DNA of 64,000 nucleotides, from contig NW_019028980.1 in NCBI RefSeq assembly GCF_002105155.1, forward strand, positions 1,488,001-1,552,000, in the 5' to 3' direction. The position numbers and the translations under genes were made by a program. Within the stretch, counting starts at the first letter, position 1. Every line of letters begins with the position of its first letter. Below are positions 1 through 13,072 of this stretch, piece after piece. The notes beneath the pieces are model-generated. The model ran no database searches and had not been told where the DNA came from. It worked only from the letters and a program-made list of their open reading frames with translations. The DNA is from Lobosporangium transversale. Taxonomy: Eukaryota.

Positions 1-1002
1 CACCATAGGTCGCAGCTAATTCATCCAATGTGGATTTCTTGCGAACATACCGAACAGGTCCCTTCTTGGCCAGAGTATCGAGAATTGAAGGACGGGTCAC
101 TACGCGTGGACCTGATACTGCTGTTGTTGTTGTTGTTGTTAATGATGATGACGGCGATGCTGGTGATAATGATGATGAAGGCGTTGTTACAGTCGTTGTT
201 GAGTTTGATAAGTCTGATATATCTGCTGTAGGATTGACAGTTGTTGTGAGTATCGAATCTGTTGGTTCATTTGTATCCGCAATAACTGAAGTCGAGGTCG
301 ATGATAATTCAGTGGTCGTGTCTTCTGTGTCTATAGATGTGGCTTGCGGAGTGGTTTCCATCCCTGTCTTGTTCTTTTGCATAAACTCCTTTGCTTCCTT
401 AGAATCCTCAGGGACATCTTTGGTCACTGTTACGGTCTCTCCCGCAAAATCATATGTCGTTGTGATGGTAACCATCTTGCCTGATGACGATGGTGGCTTA
501 TTTTCTGTCTTTGCTCCAAATCCAGATGTAGCTGCCATTAAAAGTTCGGGGCGCGAGGCTGGTTTTGATACAGGAGCATTCATCTCTTCCCAGAGAGCGT
601 CTAGTCGACTCTTTTTAATCTGTGCTTCTGCTTGACTAATTGTGTCCTCTGGTTGAGGTCTCTTGTTTTTATTTGCGTCATTCAAAGAAGAAGAAGACTT
701 TGCACGCCGCTTTCCTGAACGGGTAGTTGAAGCATCTTCAATATCTTTGCCATATCCTGCGCCATCATTTTGTTCCGCATCCGTATCATCACTGTCATCT
801 TCTCCTTCACTCTGAATATCGGCTTTATCTGTATGTTTTTTAAGACAAAGGTTTAACAATTGTTAAAAAAACAGCCCTTCCATCTTTTGTTGTTCATTTG
901 GTTCATGCACTTGCCATCGGGAACATAATCCTCATCGTCACTAGAGTCCGAATCAGACTCAACATCAGGCTTTGCAGGCTTTTCTACTGCTGCTTTGGCC
1001 AT
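1..1002 (-). CDS. SWC5: SWR1-complex protein 5 / CFDP1 (BCNT family); 5' part, runs off the window's left edge
   Basis: ATG at 1002 followed by the acidic N-terminus MAKAAVEKPAKPDVESDSDSSDDEDYVPD. Intron 914-829 (GC-AG). Continues with KSRLDALWEEMN and the family motif ITTTYDFAGETVTVTKDV; frame stays open to base 1 (RKKSTLDELAATYG). Confidence 0.8.
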
Positions 1003-1226
1003 GGATGCGATTAGGAATGTTTAGCAAAAGGTGATGTAGCGTAGCGAGATAACAAGTAACAAAAAAAAGGTTGTTGTGATCCTCAAACAAAGGTGTGTAA
1101 TACAAGATGTGGCTTTTTCTTTTCTCTTCGCTTCCGCCCAAAAAAAGAAAAAGTTGATCTCCGTCCCTGAATTACTTGAACAAATTTCCCATTCTCCTTT
1201 CAAAAAAAAAAAAAAAAAAAAAAAAA

Positions 1227-1823
1227 ATGTCTGGAGCTACTGTTACCAATAACGGAGGAGTTTTGCCCCAAGCAAAGAGGGTATTACAATTGTACAGGAA
1301 GCTTTTGAAAATCGGTAAGGCTATGCCAACCGAAACACGCTCTGCACTGGTAATGTCCCGAGTCAAGGCAGATTTCAGATCCAATAAAGCAGAGAAGGAT
1401 CCACAGGAGATTGAGAATATGATCCAACTTGCAGAAATCCAGGTTGATAACCTCGAGGTTAGTCTTTTTTTTTTTATTTTTTTTATTTTTGTCATCCTAG
1501 TGGAACGTGTCTTCTCATTTTATGTCATGCTTTTTTAGATCCAAAGAGAGCACCTTACAGAGTTGTCCAAGAATCCCAATCTAATTATCCCAGTAGACAT
1601 TTATAAGAACGCTAAGCCAAGGATTTCTCGATTCATGAAAGGTCCACCTCTGAGTTGGGAACGCAAAGCTGCACAGGAGGCTAAGGATAGAGACAGGCTC
1701 ACACAACAACAACACCAACAACACCAACAACAACCGCAACAACAAAAACCTGTAGGATCGACAGGATCCGAAAAACTTCATCATGGATCACCCGGACATA
1801 GCTGCCAGAACCATAAACACTGA
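1227..1823 (+). CDS. LYR-motif (Complex1_LYR) mitochondrial protein
   Basis: VLQLYRKLLKIGKAMP...VKADFRSNK...DPQEIE. Exons 1227-1457 and 1539-1823 joined in frame (GAG|GTTAGT...TTTAG|ATC). Q/H-rich tail. Confidence 0.8.
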
Positions 1824-2828
1824 AGTAGTTGTTCACAATTTACACTATTTCATCATAGTAAATCATGTAAACAGGCATGATCCTCAGGTCCCGCACACAC
1901 ACACACACACGAAGATGTCCGCGATCTTGTCGTCACTTTCTGTGTTTTCTCTGTTGCGAGCGAGTTGCATTTTACAACAGAAGGAGAAACTCATCCATTC
2001 TACAAAAGGAAAAGAAGGAAGATACCTCTCTCCATATTGAGCTATGCGGAGTCTAAGGTCATGAGTAAATCTGATTACTTATCCATATTGGATGGGCAAG
2101 GACTTGTTTAATAGCGGATCAAATTTCAAGCACGCATAATCTAAACTACTGTATAAAAACAATGCATAATAGACTCTAATAAACTTGTTCAAGATGAAAA
2201 GGACACTGTATGATTAACTGATTGCGCGGGCGACTGGTAGCACAATTTTTTTACAATGCTCATTTTTTGTTGGCCTGAGCGTCATATTCTAATAATTTTA
2301 TTATACATTTATTTGTTTGTATTTGTGTTTAAAGGTTTCTTTCTCTCTTTCTTGATATCATTTATGGCGATAAGTTAAATTAGAAGAGCAGAAAATCAGT
2401 ACAGCAACAGGTATTTAGGAGTCGAAGGAGTTGGCGGGGGGGTTTTTTTTCCTCCAAAAGATGGAAAAAGAAGCGACAAATTGAAGCAGAAAAAGGGAAA
2501 GGACATATTGAAGGGGGAGAGGGGAGGGTGTTTAAAAGTAGATGAGCAAGTAATAGTGCATTTTCTATGAAGGAAATGACAAAGAAAAGTACAGTACATG
2601 GGCTTTAGGAATTAATGCAAGATGGAAGGTGACTGGTGACTGGTAGCTGGTGGCAACCATTGCGATTGCGATGTGGTGGATGCAGAAATAATAATAATAA
2701 AAAAAAGATATGAAGAAATTGCAGAATGTAAGTAAACAAACAAGGAAAAAAAAAAAGAAAAAAGAAATTGTTGAAGTCGTACAAGGAAAGGAAAAAAAAA
2801 AAAAAAAAAAAAAAGTCAAAAAGAGTCT

Positions 2829-5018
2829 CTAAATTTGCTCTTGTCTTGCGATTACACCAGCGGTGAGGGATGGCGTCGAGGACGACGGTGAGGACGAAGA
2901 GACCGCAGGGCTCTCATCCTTCGGGTGGAGAATGTTGGATGATTTCATTGGTGTCTTGGAAGAGACAGTGGATCCTTCAATCAATTGTCGCTTAAGCATG
3001 CCTAGAAAGACAAAGGTGAGCGTGAAGTGTGGGCCAATACGCATGAAATGCGTTGAGAATCCCTTGTAGAAAGCTAAAGGACCTTCAGTGGTCAAAATAT
3101 GGCGGCAGGACTGTAGCGTGCTCTGCGATGTTGATTGCGATGATCTGTTATAAAGACGGATGCGGCTATGAAAGGAAATATAAAGAAAAAGATATTTGAT
3201 AAGTTGGGTTGGACCCGGTGACTGAGAAAAGCCGAGACGGGACGTCCTGTCTTTTTTTTTTTTTTTTTTTTCTTTTCTTTTCTTCATAAACTTACACGAC
3301 ATCCATGGGGTTCATGACGACAACACTGACAAATGCACTGGCAAGCGAGCTCATCATGTCAAGTATGACACCATCTTGTGCATCCCAGTTATTCCTGGCA
3401 TGGTCTTTGATCAATGAGTATGTTGTCAAATTGGCTGCACTGCCAAGCATAGATCTTGCAATTGAGATCATAGAACCACGATAAAGTGTCATCACACCAT
3501 CTGTGCCTATGATGGTCCGAAGGGCCGAAAACGTGCCTTTGTAGGCATACTGGTTTCCAACAGCCAGTCCACTGGATGAATGCGATTGAAGTCGAGTTTT
3601 GATCAGTTCAAAAGGATTGGCACTAATGGCACCCATAGCTCCACAGGTTGCTCCTGCAATCATACGTTTCCATGCAGGGGCGGTGCTGGCCTCACCAGGA
3701 TAACTGAGGGGATGCATCGTGTTCAAAATAGGGTCATAAAGACCAAGGCGGAAGATGTTCTTGGAGGATTCTTTGAGGATGGCAGGGAAAAGACCCTTTT
3801 GCAGACCACGGATGCCTTCATGTCTGAATGTCTTGACAAGGCAATCCAATGAGGATTTGTAGACCTACAATATTGCAAATATACACAAAATACGAATGTG
3901 AGAGAAATGAAAGGAAAGAAATGACGGAATATGCCAAAATTAGACAAGTGAAATCTCTCAGTTTGTCCTTTGGTTTTGTTCCTGAAAAAAAAAAAATAAT
4001 AACCAGTCTAGGTTAAATGGTCGCGCGAATCTGTGCACAAATCCATAGTATGTAACAATATTAAGATGGCTACAACTCTCCATTTTTTTTTTGTCCTTCC
4101 GATCCCCCAACAAAATAGTGTATATCCAATGTATACAATAACTGACTCCGCTGCATTCGTTGGTTCATTCTTTCAACTGTCCTTGATGCAGTTATTTTTG
4201 TACTCCATCGTTCTTTCACGCTGCGGGTGAAATAGAAAAAAAACCTCCCGCACAGAAACAGCAAGAGAAAAGAATAGGTGAAAGAGAGGATGTTCAAGTC
4301 AAGGACGAAGGTGAAGAAGGCAGTGTTGCAAGTTTGTTGTTGTGTCACTTTGCTGGTTATAAAAAGAAAAAGGCTGTAATAGTTTAGGAGATGGGTGCAT
4401 GCACAGGTTTGTCAGTAAGGTGAAGGGGTAGCGTGGTGATGTGCATGCGGCTCATAGTCTTCTCACTCGGGTGCAAAAAAAAAAAAAAAAAAAAAAAAGT
4501 AAAAACAAAAATAAACAACCAAAAGTAGCCCGATTCGGGTGCGGGGTAAAAAAACAGCGCATTGTTTTTTTTTTTAGGACTGGGCTAACTTTTCCAAGAT
4601 GCTTCTATTACCGATGAACTCATTCACTCTCATGTTCATTCCAGAGACATTCGCACTTACAAATGAAACGAAGAGGGAGAGAGAGAGAAATAAAGGTGTA
4701 TTGAATGGCCTTTTATATATATACCTTCTCTGAGACTCGAATAATCTCTTTCCCGTTCCTGCCAGGTTCCCTTGTCCTGACAAATTCGCCCTGGAGTTGA
4801 AGGCGGACCTTGACAGTATCGAATGGATTGGTGAACAGGACTGCTATGGAGGGTGCCAAAGCAGAGATCGCAAAGTTCTCGAGCTGAGTCAGTTCTCTCT
4901 TGGCACCAATCCGCTCACCATGTTTCGACAAGGATGAGGGTGGCCTTGAGCCTGCGGACGAGTCATTATCATTGGAACCGCCCAATAGCGGGGTGCTTTT
5001 TGTAGTGAATGTGTTCAT
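2829..5018 (-). CDS. OAC1: Mitochondrial carrier, oxaloacetate carrier Oac1/SLC25A34-35-like
   Basis: Three carrier signatures: PFDTVKVRLQLQGE, PFELIKTRLQ and PMDVVRIRLYN; also FYKGF..HFMRIGPH. Exons 5018-4725, 3864-3296 and 3165-2829 join in frame. Confidence 0.8.
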
Positions 5019-6611
5019 TGTAGATTAAGGACTTTAGAGTAAATTGGGGAAATGAAAGGGATGTATATATTATAGTTTTGAAGCCTAGTTCCTACTTGAG
5101 GAAGATGGTGATGTGGTTGAAGAGTGAGGAAGAGTGCAGTTGAGTGTCAATTTCATCAAGAGATGCAGCCGATATAGTGTGATAGAATATTGTGACGATA
5201 CTAAAATAGGACGCAATGGTGTTCCCTGTTGAATGAGAAAAAGGGAGTTGAATGAAAAGAGAAACAAAGGATGTAAAGAAGAATGAGTAAAGTGAAAGAG
5301 AAAAGAAGGAAAAAAAAAAAAAGAAAAAAGACTAATGGACAGAATAGGAAGGTAGCCCGACCATCTTTTCAGGGACAAGACAGGTCTCTTTATTTATTTG
5401 CTCGCTTGAGTCACCTTTACTTCCCGATCATTTGTCATTCGTTTGCTTCTCCAACAGGAAGACATGGAAGACGTTATAACCAACTTTCAACCTTTAATGA
5501 TTTTCATGTTACTGCAGTCGATAGTAGATATTTTCTTATATACACTGCTCATCAAAACTGTTTATTTGCTTGATCTCTTTGATGAGGATCGCTTGTTCAA
5601 CACAATCATTCATAAATCTGGACTGTCCTCTTTGATTCACCAACAGATCATCTACTACGTCTTAAGAGCAATGAGCAGTAAAAAACTTTGTACAAAGAAT
5701 TCGTTTTTTATTTTGTCAAAACAGCTTGCTATTGTCATGTCCATCCAACATTTAAAAATAAAGTAACCCACGGACACGATTCGATCCGAACTGTTTTTTT
5801 GTTTACATATTCTTGTGGTTGTGCAAATGAGAAGAGGAGAAGGGATTGGCTGTTGTAATGTGGGGAATGCTCTTCAAAGGGAGATTGACAAAAAGGAATA
5901 ATGACATCAATTCAACATTCACAGCAGAGACAGATAAGGCAGACAGATATCGCATTACTGCCTAAGGGATAGAAAGGAAAAACGTCAATCCATATTCCTT
6001 CAAATGAAGTCTGCGATCTCATTGTGCAGTAGAACCGAAGCCGCGTGGCCATTTTGTGGCCTCTGTCACACGTAAGCTGAGGAATATGGACAGAGAGTCC
6101 TGTTATCCATGAACTGTAATTAATATAGATATTTGTATATTTAGAGCTTTATTCATGGGCTACTGTGAATTAGACTACATGTACATGATCTACGTGTACA
6201 ACATGCACAGTACATGGGTACAATGGTCATTGTTGTGCTTGTAAGAACCTGAAGATGGAAGATTTAAAAGCACGTGAAAGGAAAATAGCTTGTCACTCTT
6301 GCCTCCACAAAGATGTTTTTAGATGTTTTGTCCACGGGGGAAACTTTTTTGTCAGAAGTTCAGGTTCATCGCGCTCTCTTCTGACTGGCTGAGGATTTCC
6401 CTCTGCATCATTGAGCGAGTCAATTTGGGTTTACGCGATTCCTCACACCGGGTTTAATGATTCGAGTCTAAATGTACATATGCATGAGACAGTCAAAAGG
6501 AAAGAACCGGGGATATTTTTCTTCCTGCTTTTATACTCTTTTATTTCTTTTCTTTCATCTCTTTCTCCATTTCCTCATCACTCCCCACTCTTCTCATTCA
6601 TCTGATCAACC

Positions 6612-7027
6612 ATGTTCTCTGCCATTCGTCCTCGTCTTGCTTCCGCTGTCGCCAAGCCTGCAGTCTTGAACGCTGTCCGCCCAAGGTAAAACACACAGCT
6701 GCTTTCTCACCCTTACGCTAACACCCCAGCTCGAAGTACCCTCGAGCCAGGATCTTATTGTCGTCAGGATTAGTCCAGCTCATATATATTACCAAACTTA
6801 TTCCTATCGCGCTTGACTTCGAAAGGAGAACACTGGATCCTGCCGTCATTGGATTTGTAGTAATACGCAATTCAGGAACTGACTCTTCGTTTGGCATGGA
6901 TACTTTTTTAGATTCTTCTCTCAGGCAGCTGTTGCTCGCTCCAACATTGCCTCTCTCCACACTTTCACTGAGGATGAACAGCTCTTGCGTGATACCGGTA
7001 TGTGTGTAATCTGTTCATATATAACGG

Positions 7028-7058
<31 letters not shown>

Positions 7059-8578
7059 ACTTGACGTGGATATTAATATCTGCGGAATCCCTCACTAATG
7101 TTGTCTGGTTCAATTCCTACAGTTGCTCGCTTTGCTCAGGAGCAGGTCCTTCCTAAGGTCGCTCAGATGGACGAAGCTGAGAAGTTAGACAAGGATGTCC
7201 TCAAGGGCTTGTTTGAGCAGGGGGTATGTGGACCTTTTTATTCATTGGAAAGAAAAAGATTCTCACGGCTTTATTGACACATAATTCGGATTTTCTCCTA
7301 TTTTTGATTTTATAGTTGATGGGTATTGAGACTGAGGCCAAGTACGATGGTTCCGAGTCCTCGTTCATGTCTGCTATCTTGACCATTGAGGAGCTTGCCA
7401 AGGTTGATCCCTCCGTCTCTGTTATCTGTGATGTCCAGGTATGCTTTTCGAGGATCTCCATTTGATACTCAGTTAGTGGGCGTGACTTGGAACTGGAAAG
7501 CAAAAAAAAAAAAAAAAAAAAAAAAAGTTTTAACACGGCTAGAATTTTTACCGCCGCATCCTTAGAACACTCTCGTCAATACCCTGTTCCGTAAATACGC
7601 TAATGAGGATATCAAGCAGCGCTACTTGCCCAAGCTTGCCACCGATACTGTTGGATGCTTCTGCCTGTCCGAGGCTGGTTCTGGTTCTGATGCATTCGCC
7701 CTCCAGACCCGCGCTGTCAAGGATGGTAATGACTACATCATCAATGGCTCCAAGATGTGGATCACCAACTCTGGTGAAGCCGAGATCTTCTTGGTTTTCG
7801 CCAACGTTGCTCCCGAGAAGGGTTACAAGGGCATCACCTGCTTCGTTCTCGAGAAGAGCATGGGTGTCAAGGTCGCCAAGAAGGAGTCCAAGTTGGGTAT
7901 CCGTGCTTCGTCAACTTGCACCTTGAACTTTGATGACGTCCGTGTTCCTGCTAGCAACGTCTTGGGAGAGATCGGCCAGGGTTATAAATACGCTATTGAG
8001 ATCTTGAACGAGGGTCGTATCGGTATTGCTGCTCAGATGCTGGGTCTTGCTCAAGGTGCCTTCGATGCCACTCTCCCCTATTTGTTCCAACGCAAGCAGT
8101 TTGGCAGCTACATCGGCTCCTTCCAAGGAATGCAGCACCAGTATGCTCAGATTGCTGTGGACATTGAGGCAGCTCGTCTCTTGACATATAATGCTGCTCG
8201 TCTTAAGGAGCAGGGCAAGTCCTTTGTGAAGGAGGCTGCCATGGCTAAGCTCTATGCTTCTCAGGTTGCTGAGCGCACTGCTTCACGCTGCGTCGAATGG
8301 GCTGGTGGAGTCGGTTTCACTCGCGAACTTCCTATTGAGAAATTCTACCGTGATTGCAAGATCGGTGCCATCTATGAGGGGTACGTTTCTTTTTTATTTT
8401 TTATTTTTATTTTTATTTTTATTTTTTTCGTAAACCTTTGCTTTGGAGTTAATATTTGAATATATTTCATCTTGGACACTAACATGGACTCTCGCTTTTT
8501 TTTATCAATAATAATAGAACCAGCAATATCCAGCTCCAGACCATTGCCAAGGCCCTTGAGAAGCAGTACTCCTCTTAA
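6612..8578 (+). CDS. ACADSB: Short/branched-chain acyl-CoA dehydrogenase, mitochondrial
   Basis: Presequence [15 protein letters not shown]; motifs [40 protein letters not shown] and [17 protein letters not shown]. Six exons; stop at 8576-8578. Confidence 0.92.
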
Positions 8579-8937
8579 ATAGTGTGCATTAAATGCAAAA
8601 CCCTGTTATATAGCCTTTCCATTTGTTTTTACTCATTAAAGTGAATTAAAGAAAAAAAAAATGTTTATAAATGCGCGCTTTAAAAAATGACTGTGGCATC
8701 CCAACTGATCGCCAGCACAATGAGCCAGAACGGTACAACATGACAGTGTAACCATACGGTTTATTATACTGATGTAAATCTAACGTCGGTATCGTACAGG
8801 AACAAGTTCATTCAATAAAGCTTTTTCCGATAATGAAAGAAATACTTTTTATACACAATATTTAATGCTACACATGTGTGTAATGCTACTAAATCTACCG
8901 CCTATGCTGTTTATGCTAATGTCCATTAATTTTTACA

Positions 8938-11900
8938 CTACCAATTCTTGCCTGAAGGAGTGACAATTGTCAAGTTATCGTTCTCGACTGTGATGCCAAT
9001 CTCTTCTCCAACTTTGACCTTGCCCTCGATAATTAATTTGGCCAGAGGCTGGAGTAGTTGTTTCTGGATAACACGGTTCAATGGACGAGCGCCATACGCA
9101 GAACTGTATCCGCGGTCAGCGAGCCATTCCTTAGCCTGTGCATCTGCATTGATCTTGATACGTCGGTCCTCCAAACGAGCCTGAACCTCGCGTAGACGAA
9201 CATCCACAATGTCACGAATGGCACTGTGCGATAAACGGTTGAAGACCACCATATCATCGACACGATTAATGAACTCGGGCGCGAAATGATGTCTCACCAC
9301 CTGCATAACTCCTTCCTTCTCTGCATCCGTGACTTTGCTCTCATCCTTCTTCTCCTTGCGTTTGGCTAGTTTACTGACGGATGAAGGGGTTCTAGCCGAG
9401 GCATCATCTTCAGCAATGGCTAACATCTCTGCTCCCAGATTCGAAGTCATGATGATGATCGTGTTCCTAAAATCAATGGTACGGCCCTGTGAATCCGTCA
9501 AACGACCATCGTCCAAGACCTGAAGCATCAAGTTGAAGACATCCTTGTGAGCCTTCTCAATCTCATCCAGTAGAATCACAGAATATGGCTTACGACGGAT
9601 CGCCTCTGTCAGCTCTCCGCCCTCTTCGTGACCAACATAACCAGGTGGAGCGCCAATCAAACGAGAGGTCGAGAATTTCTCCATGTACTCAGACATGTCA
9701 ATGCGCACAATTGCATTTTCTGTATCAAACAAGAACTTGGCGATGGCCTTGCATAATTCGGTCTATATAAGAAACCCAATAGTTAAAGAGATGGAAGTGA
9801 AAGGGTTAATGTCGGCGTTTACATTGCTTTTCAATATACATCCAAGTGTTCGAGGACGTAAAATAAAGCTATTCATGCTAACAAGGTTCCTTACCTTTCC
9901 GACACCTGTAGGTCCAAGGAACATGAATGATGCAATGGGACGAGTGGGGCTTGAGAGGCCAGCACGGCTTAGACGCACGGCCTCGGAGACGGCAGAAATA
10001 GCTTCATCCTGGCCCACCACCCGCTCGTGAAGGGCCTTTTCCATTCCCAGTAGACGTTCTTTTTCGCCTCTTAGTAGGTTCTATATGAGAAGCGGTCAAT
10101 GATGAAGGAACATGTAAGAAAAGGTAAAGGCGGTGTAATAAGGGTGAATCTGCGAACCGAAGCTTTTTTTTTTTTTTTTTTTTTTTACATACCTGAACAG
10201 GAATGCCTGTCATTCTTGCAACGACGCGTGAGATATCATCTGCTGTAACACGTTCATGAATCAAACTCTCAACTTCTTCCTGAGTTCCCAAAGGTCCCAT
10301 CGGTCTCTCATCTGCATTCTCAGCCTGCTCCATGGCAACAATGCTGCTTTCTGAGCCGTTGACAGGGACCCTTTCCTCTTTGGGAAGCTGTGCCTCCAAT
10401 TTCGGAATGACTCCATAACGAAGTTCAGAAGCCCTTGTGAAGTCACCCCTGCGTTGAGCTGCCTCTAAATCAATGCGAGCTTGCTCCAACTCAGCCTTGG
10501 TGCTCTTGATCTTGTTCAACTTTTCTCTATTAGTCATCATAGGATAGTTTAGGACAATCAATTGGTTATTACAATTGAAGAAGAAAAAAAAAATCGTATG
10601 CCAATGGACAAAGGAAAGCAAAACTAACCTCTCTTCTTGCCAGATACTGGTCAACCGTTCTGATTCTTTCTTCTTGAGTTCTAGATCTTCTTCAAGTTTG
10701 GTGCGTCTCGAAACTGAGAGCGGATCAGTTTCCTTCTTCAAACTCTCCAACTCAATTTCCATGGTGACAATACTGCGATCCAGGCTCTCGATCACATCTG
10801 GTTTGCTTTCTTGTTGTAGTCGAAGCTTGGAGCAAGCCTCGTCTACCAAGTCAATGGCCTTGTCCGGTAAGAACCGGTTAGTAATATATCGGTGACTCTG
10901 GACTGCTGCTGCTACGAGTGCAGAGTCAGCGATCCGGACTCCGTGGTGAACCTCATAACGTTCCTTGAGTCCACGCAGGATCGAAATCGTGTCCTCAACA
11001 GTAGGTTCTTCTACCATTACAGACTGGAAACGACGAGCCAATGCTGGATCTTTCTCGATGTACTTGCGGTATTCATCAATTGTCGTTGCACCACAACAGT
11101 GCAGCTGGCCTCGGGCCAAAGCAGGCTTCAGCATATTTCCGGCGTCCATGGCGCCTTCAGACTTGCCAAGCCCTAGGAGCATATGTAATTCATCGATGAA
11201 CAAGATGATCTTGCCTTCCTGATCCATCACATCAGCTAGAACAGCTTTCAAACGCTCTTCAAATTCACCCCTAATAAGATAGAAACGACGGTTTACTCAG
11301 TAACGGTACATTCAAAAAAAAAAAAAAAAAAAAAAAAAAAGGTGACCAACTATGTTTTATACTAACTGTCAATCTTACCTATATTTTGCTCCTGCAACAA
11401 GAGCACCTAGATCCAATGAGATGACTTTTTTATCTTTGATTGATTCTGGGACCTCTCCATTGACAATACGCTGAGCAAGACCTTCTGCAATACTAGTCTT
11501 TCCCACACCAGCTTCTCCGATGAGGACAGGGTTATTCTTTGTTCTACGAGACAAGACTAGGTATTATCAATATAGACCAGGATATATATTGAGTCAAGTT
11601 AGTTTTATACAACATATGGAGTTATTACTCAATACACATTATGAAAATGGATCGTTGACGCTGATCGCGGTTATTATACAAAAGCAACATACCTTGAATA
11701 GTACGACGAATCTCTTCTTCACGTCCAATGACTGGATCAAGTTTTCCACTTGCAGCTAGTTTGGTCAAGTCATTTCCCTATATTACAGAGATTTTTTTTT
11801 TAAGTTGTGATCAGATCAATAATCAGTAACGATACTTTTTTTTTGAAGCCACATAATTAAATGGAGCTTTGTACTTACATATAATTCCAGAGCTTTTCCT

Positions 11901-12446
11901 TTCTCAGTCTGTTCTGCTGTCGGTTGAATCCTGAACCCTTGTGGACCACCTCGCCCTACAGATTTTCATTGAAGATCCCCGTGAGAATATTCTAGATCAG
12001 CTCAACTGTACTCAGACAATACACGAATCAAATGAATCACAATATCACACCCCCATACATTTTCATTCTCACAAACATATTCACCATATACATATAACAA
12101 ACACACAATTTGCAATAAGTATATCCATATACATTTCTACAAGAGTAGATAAAGACATACCAGTTTGATAAAAACGAATGGCTGATCCACGGATAGACGT
12201 AGTAGGGCGTGCCGACCGAACAGCATTCAAGGTGGCCAAGAAGCCATGACGGGTTGTAGGTTGTAATGACGATGGATTCTTTATATGAAATCCTGTTGTA
12301 GGTGATCTTAGGCAAAGAGGTCTGCTGGTTGTTTCTGTGGCAGAAGAGGACAACATTCTTTGTGAGATGCGTAGGTGTGATCCACCTACGCGGGCGGCGG
12401 TTTGAGCAATCGCTTGTGGCCTCGCGCGTGCGGTAATAGTGAACAT
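8938..12446 (-). CDS. HSP78: Mitochondrial ClpB-family disaggregase Hsp78
   Basis: Arg/Ser-rich presequence and no Clp N-domain. NBD1: [24 protein letters not shown]. Coiled-coil M domain. NBD2: [41 protein letters not shown]. Multi-exon. Confidence 0.93.
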
Positions 12447-13072
12447 GACGCCTTGATTATATTCTTTTTAATTTTTATTCCAACTATTGGTAGCTACTGC
12501 GATTAAAGAACTTTTTGGACTCTCTAAAAGGTATGTGTGCGTATGAGGAGAGAGAAAGCAGACAAACAGAATGTAAATGTTGCTGTTCCGCAATGAGGAA
12601 TGCGAATGTTTCTTTTCTGTTGGCAAATACAAAAGAAAAAAAAGAATCGAAAAATCGAGCCTGCATCTGCGGAACGCATTATCATTTATATGGCTGTTTG
12701 TGTCACTTACAGGTCTTAAAACGATACAAGTCATTCTGATCCAATTTTTCCTTTTTGATCGCGAAACGCCTAGAAAATCTCTGAACCACGATTCACAATT
12801 GGACAAAAAAAAATTATATACATTTTATTCATTGATTGTAAATTTGGTATCTAGTCTTCCTTCGCAACCATTTTTTTTCTTTCTTTTCATCATTACATTG
12901 TTGCCAGGAAGAACCAATGGCTCTCAAGGAAGCTATCTTTCCTTTTCTTTTTTTTTTTTTGTTCTTCTTCGTCTTTCCTTTCTTTTCTTTTCTTTTCCTT
13001 TCTCTTTTTCTGTTGGTAGTAAATAGGGATATGTTCAGAATATACAAAGCGAATGATAGAAGGGCATACAAC

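Noticed and set aside
30..635. 201-aa Val-rich plus-strand ORF (similar ORFs at 13364-14050 and 63244-63516)
   Set aside because: These are antisense shadows of real low-complexity coding regions.
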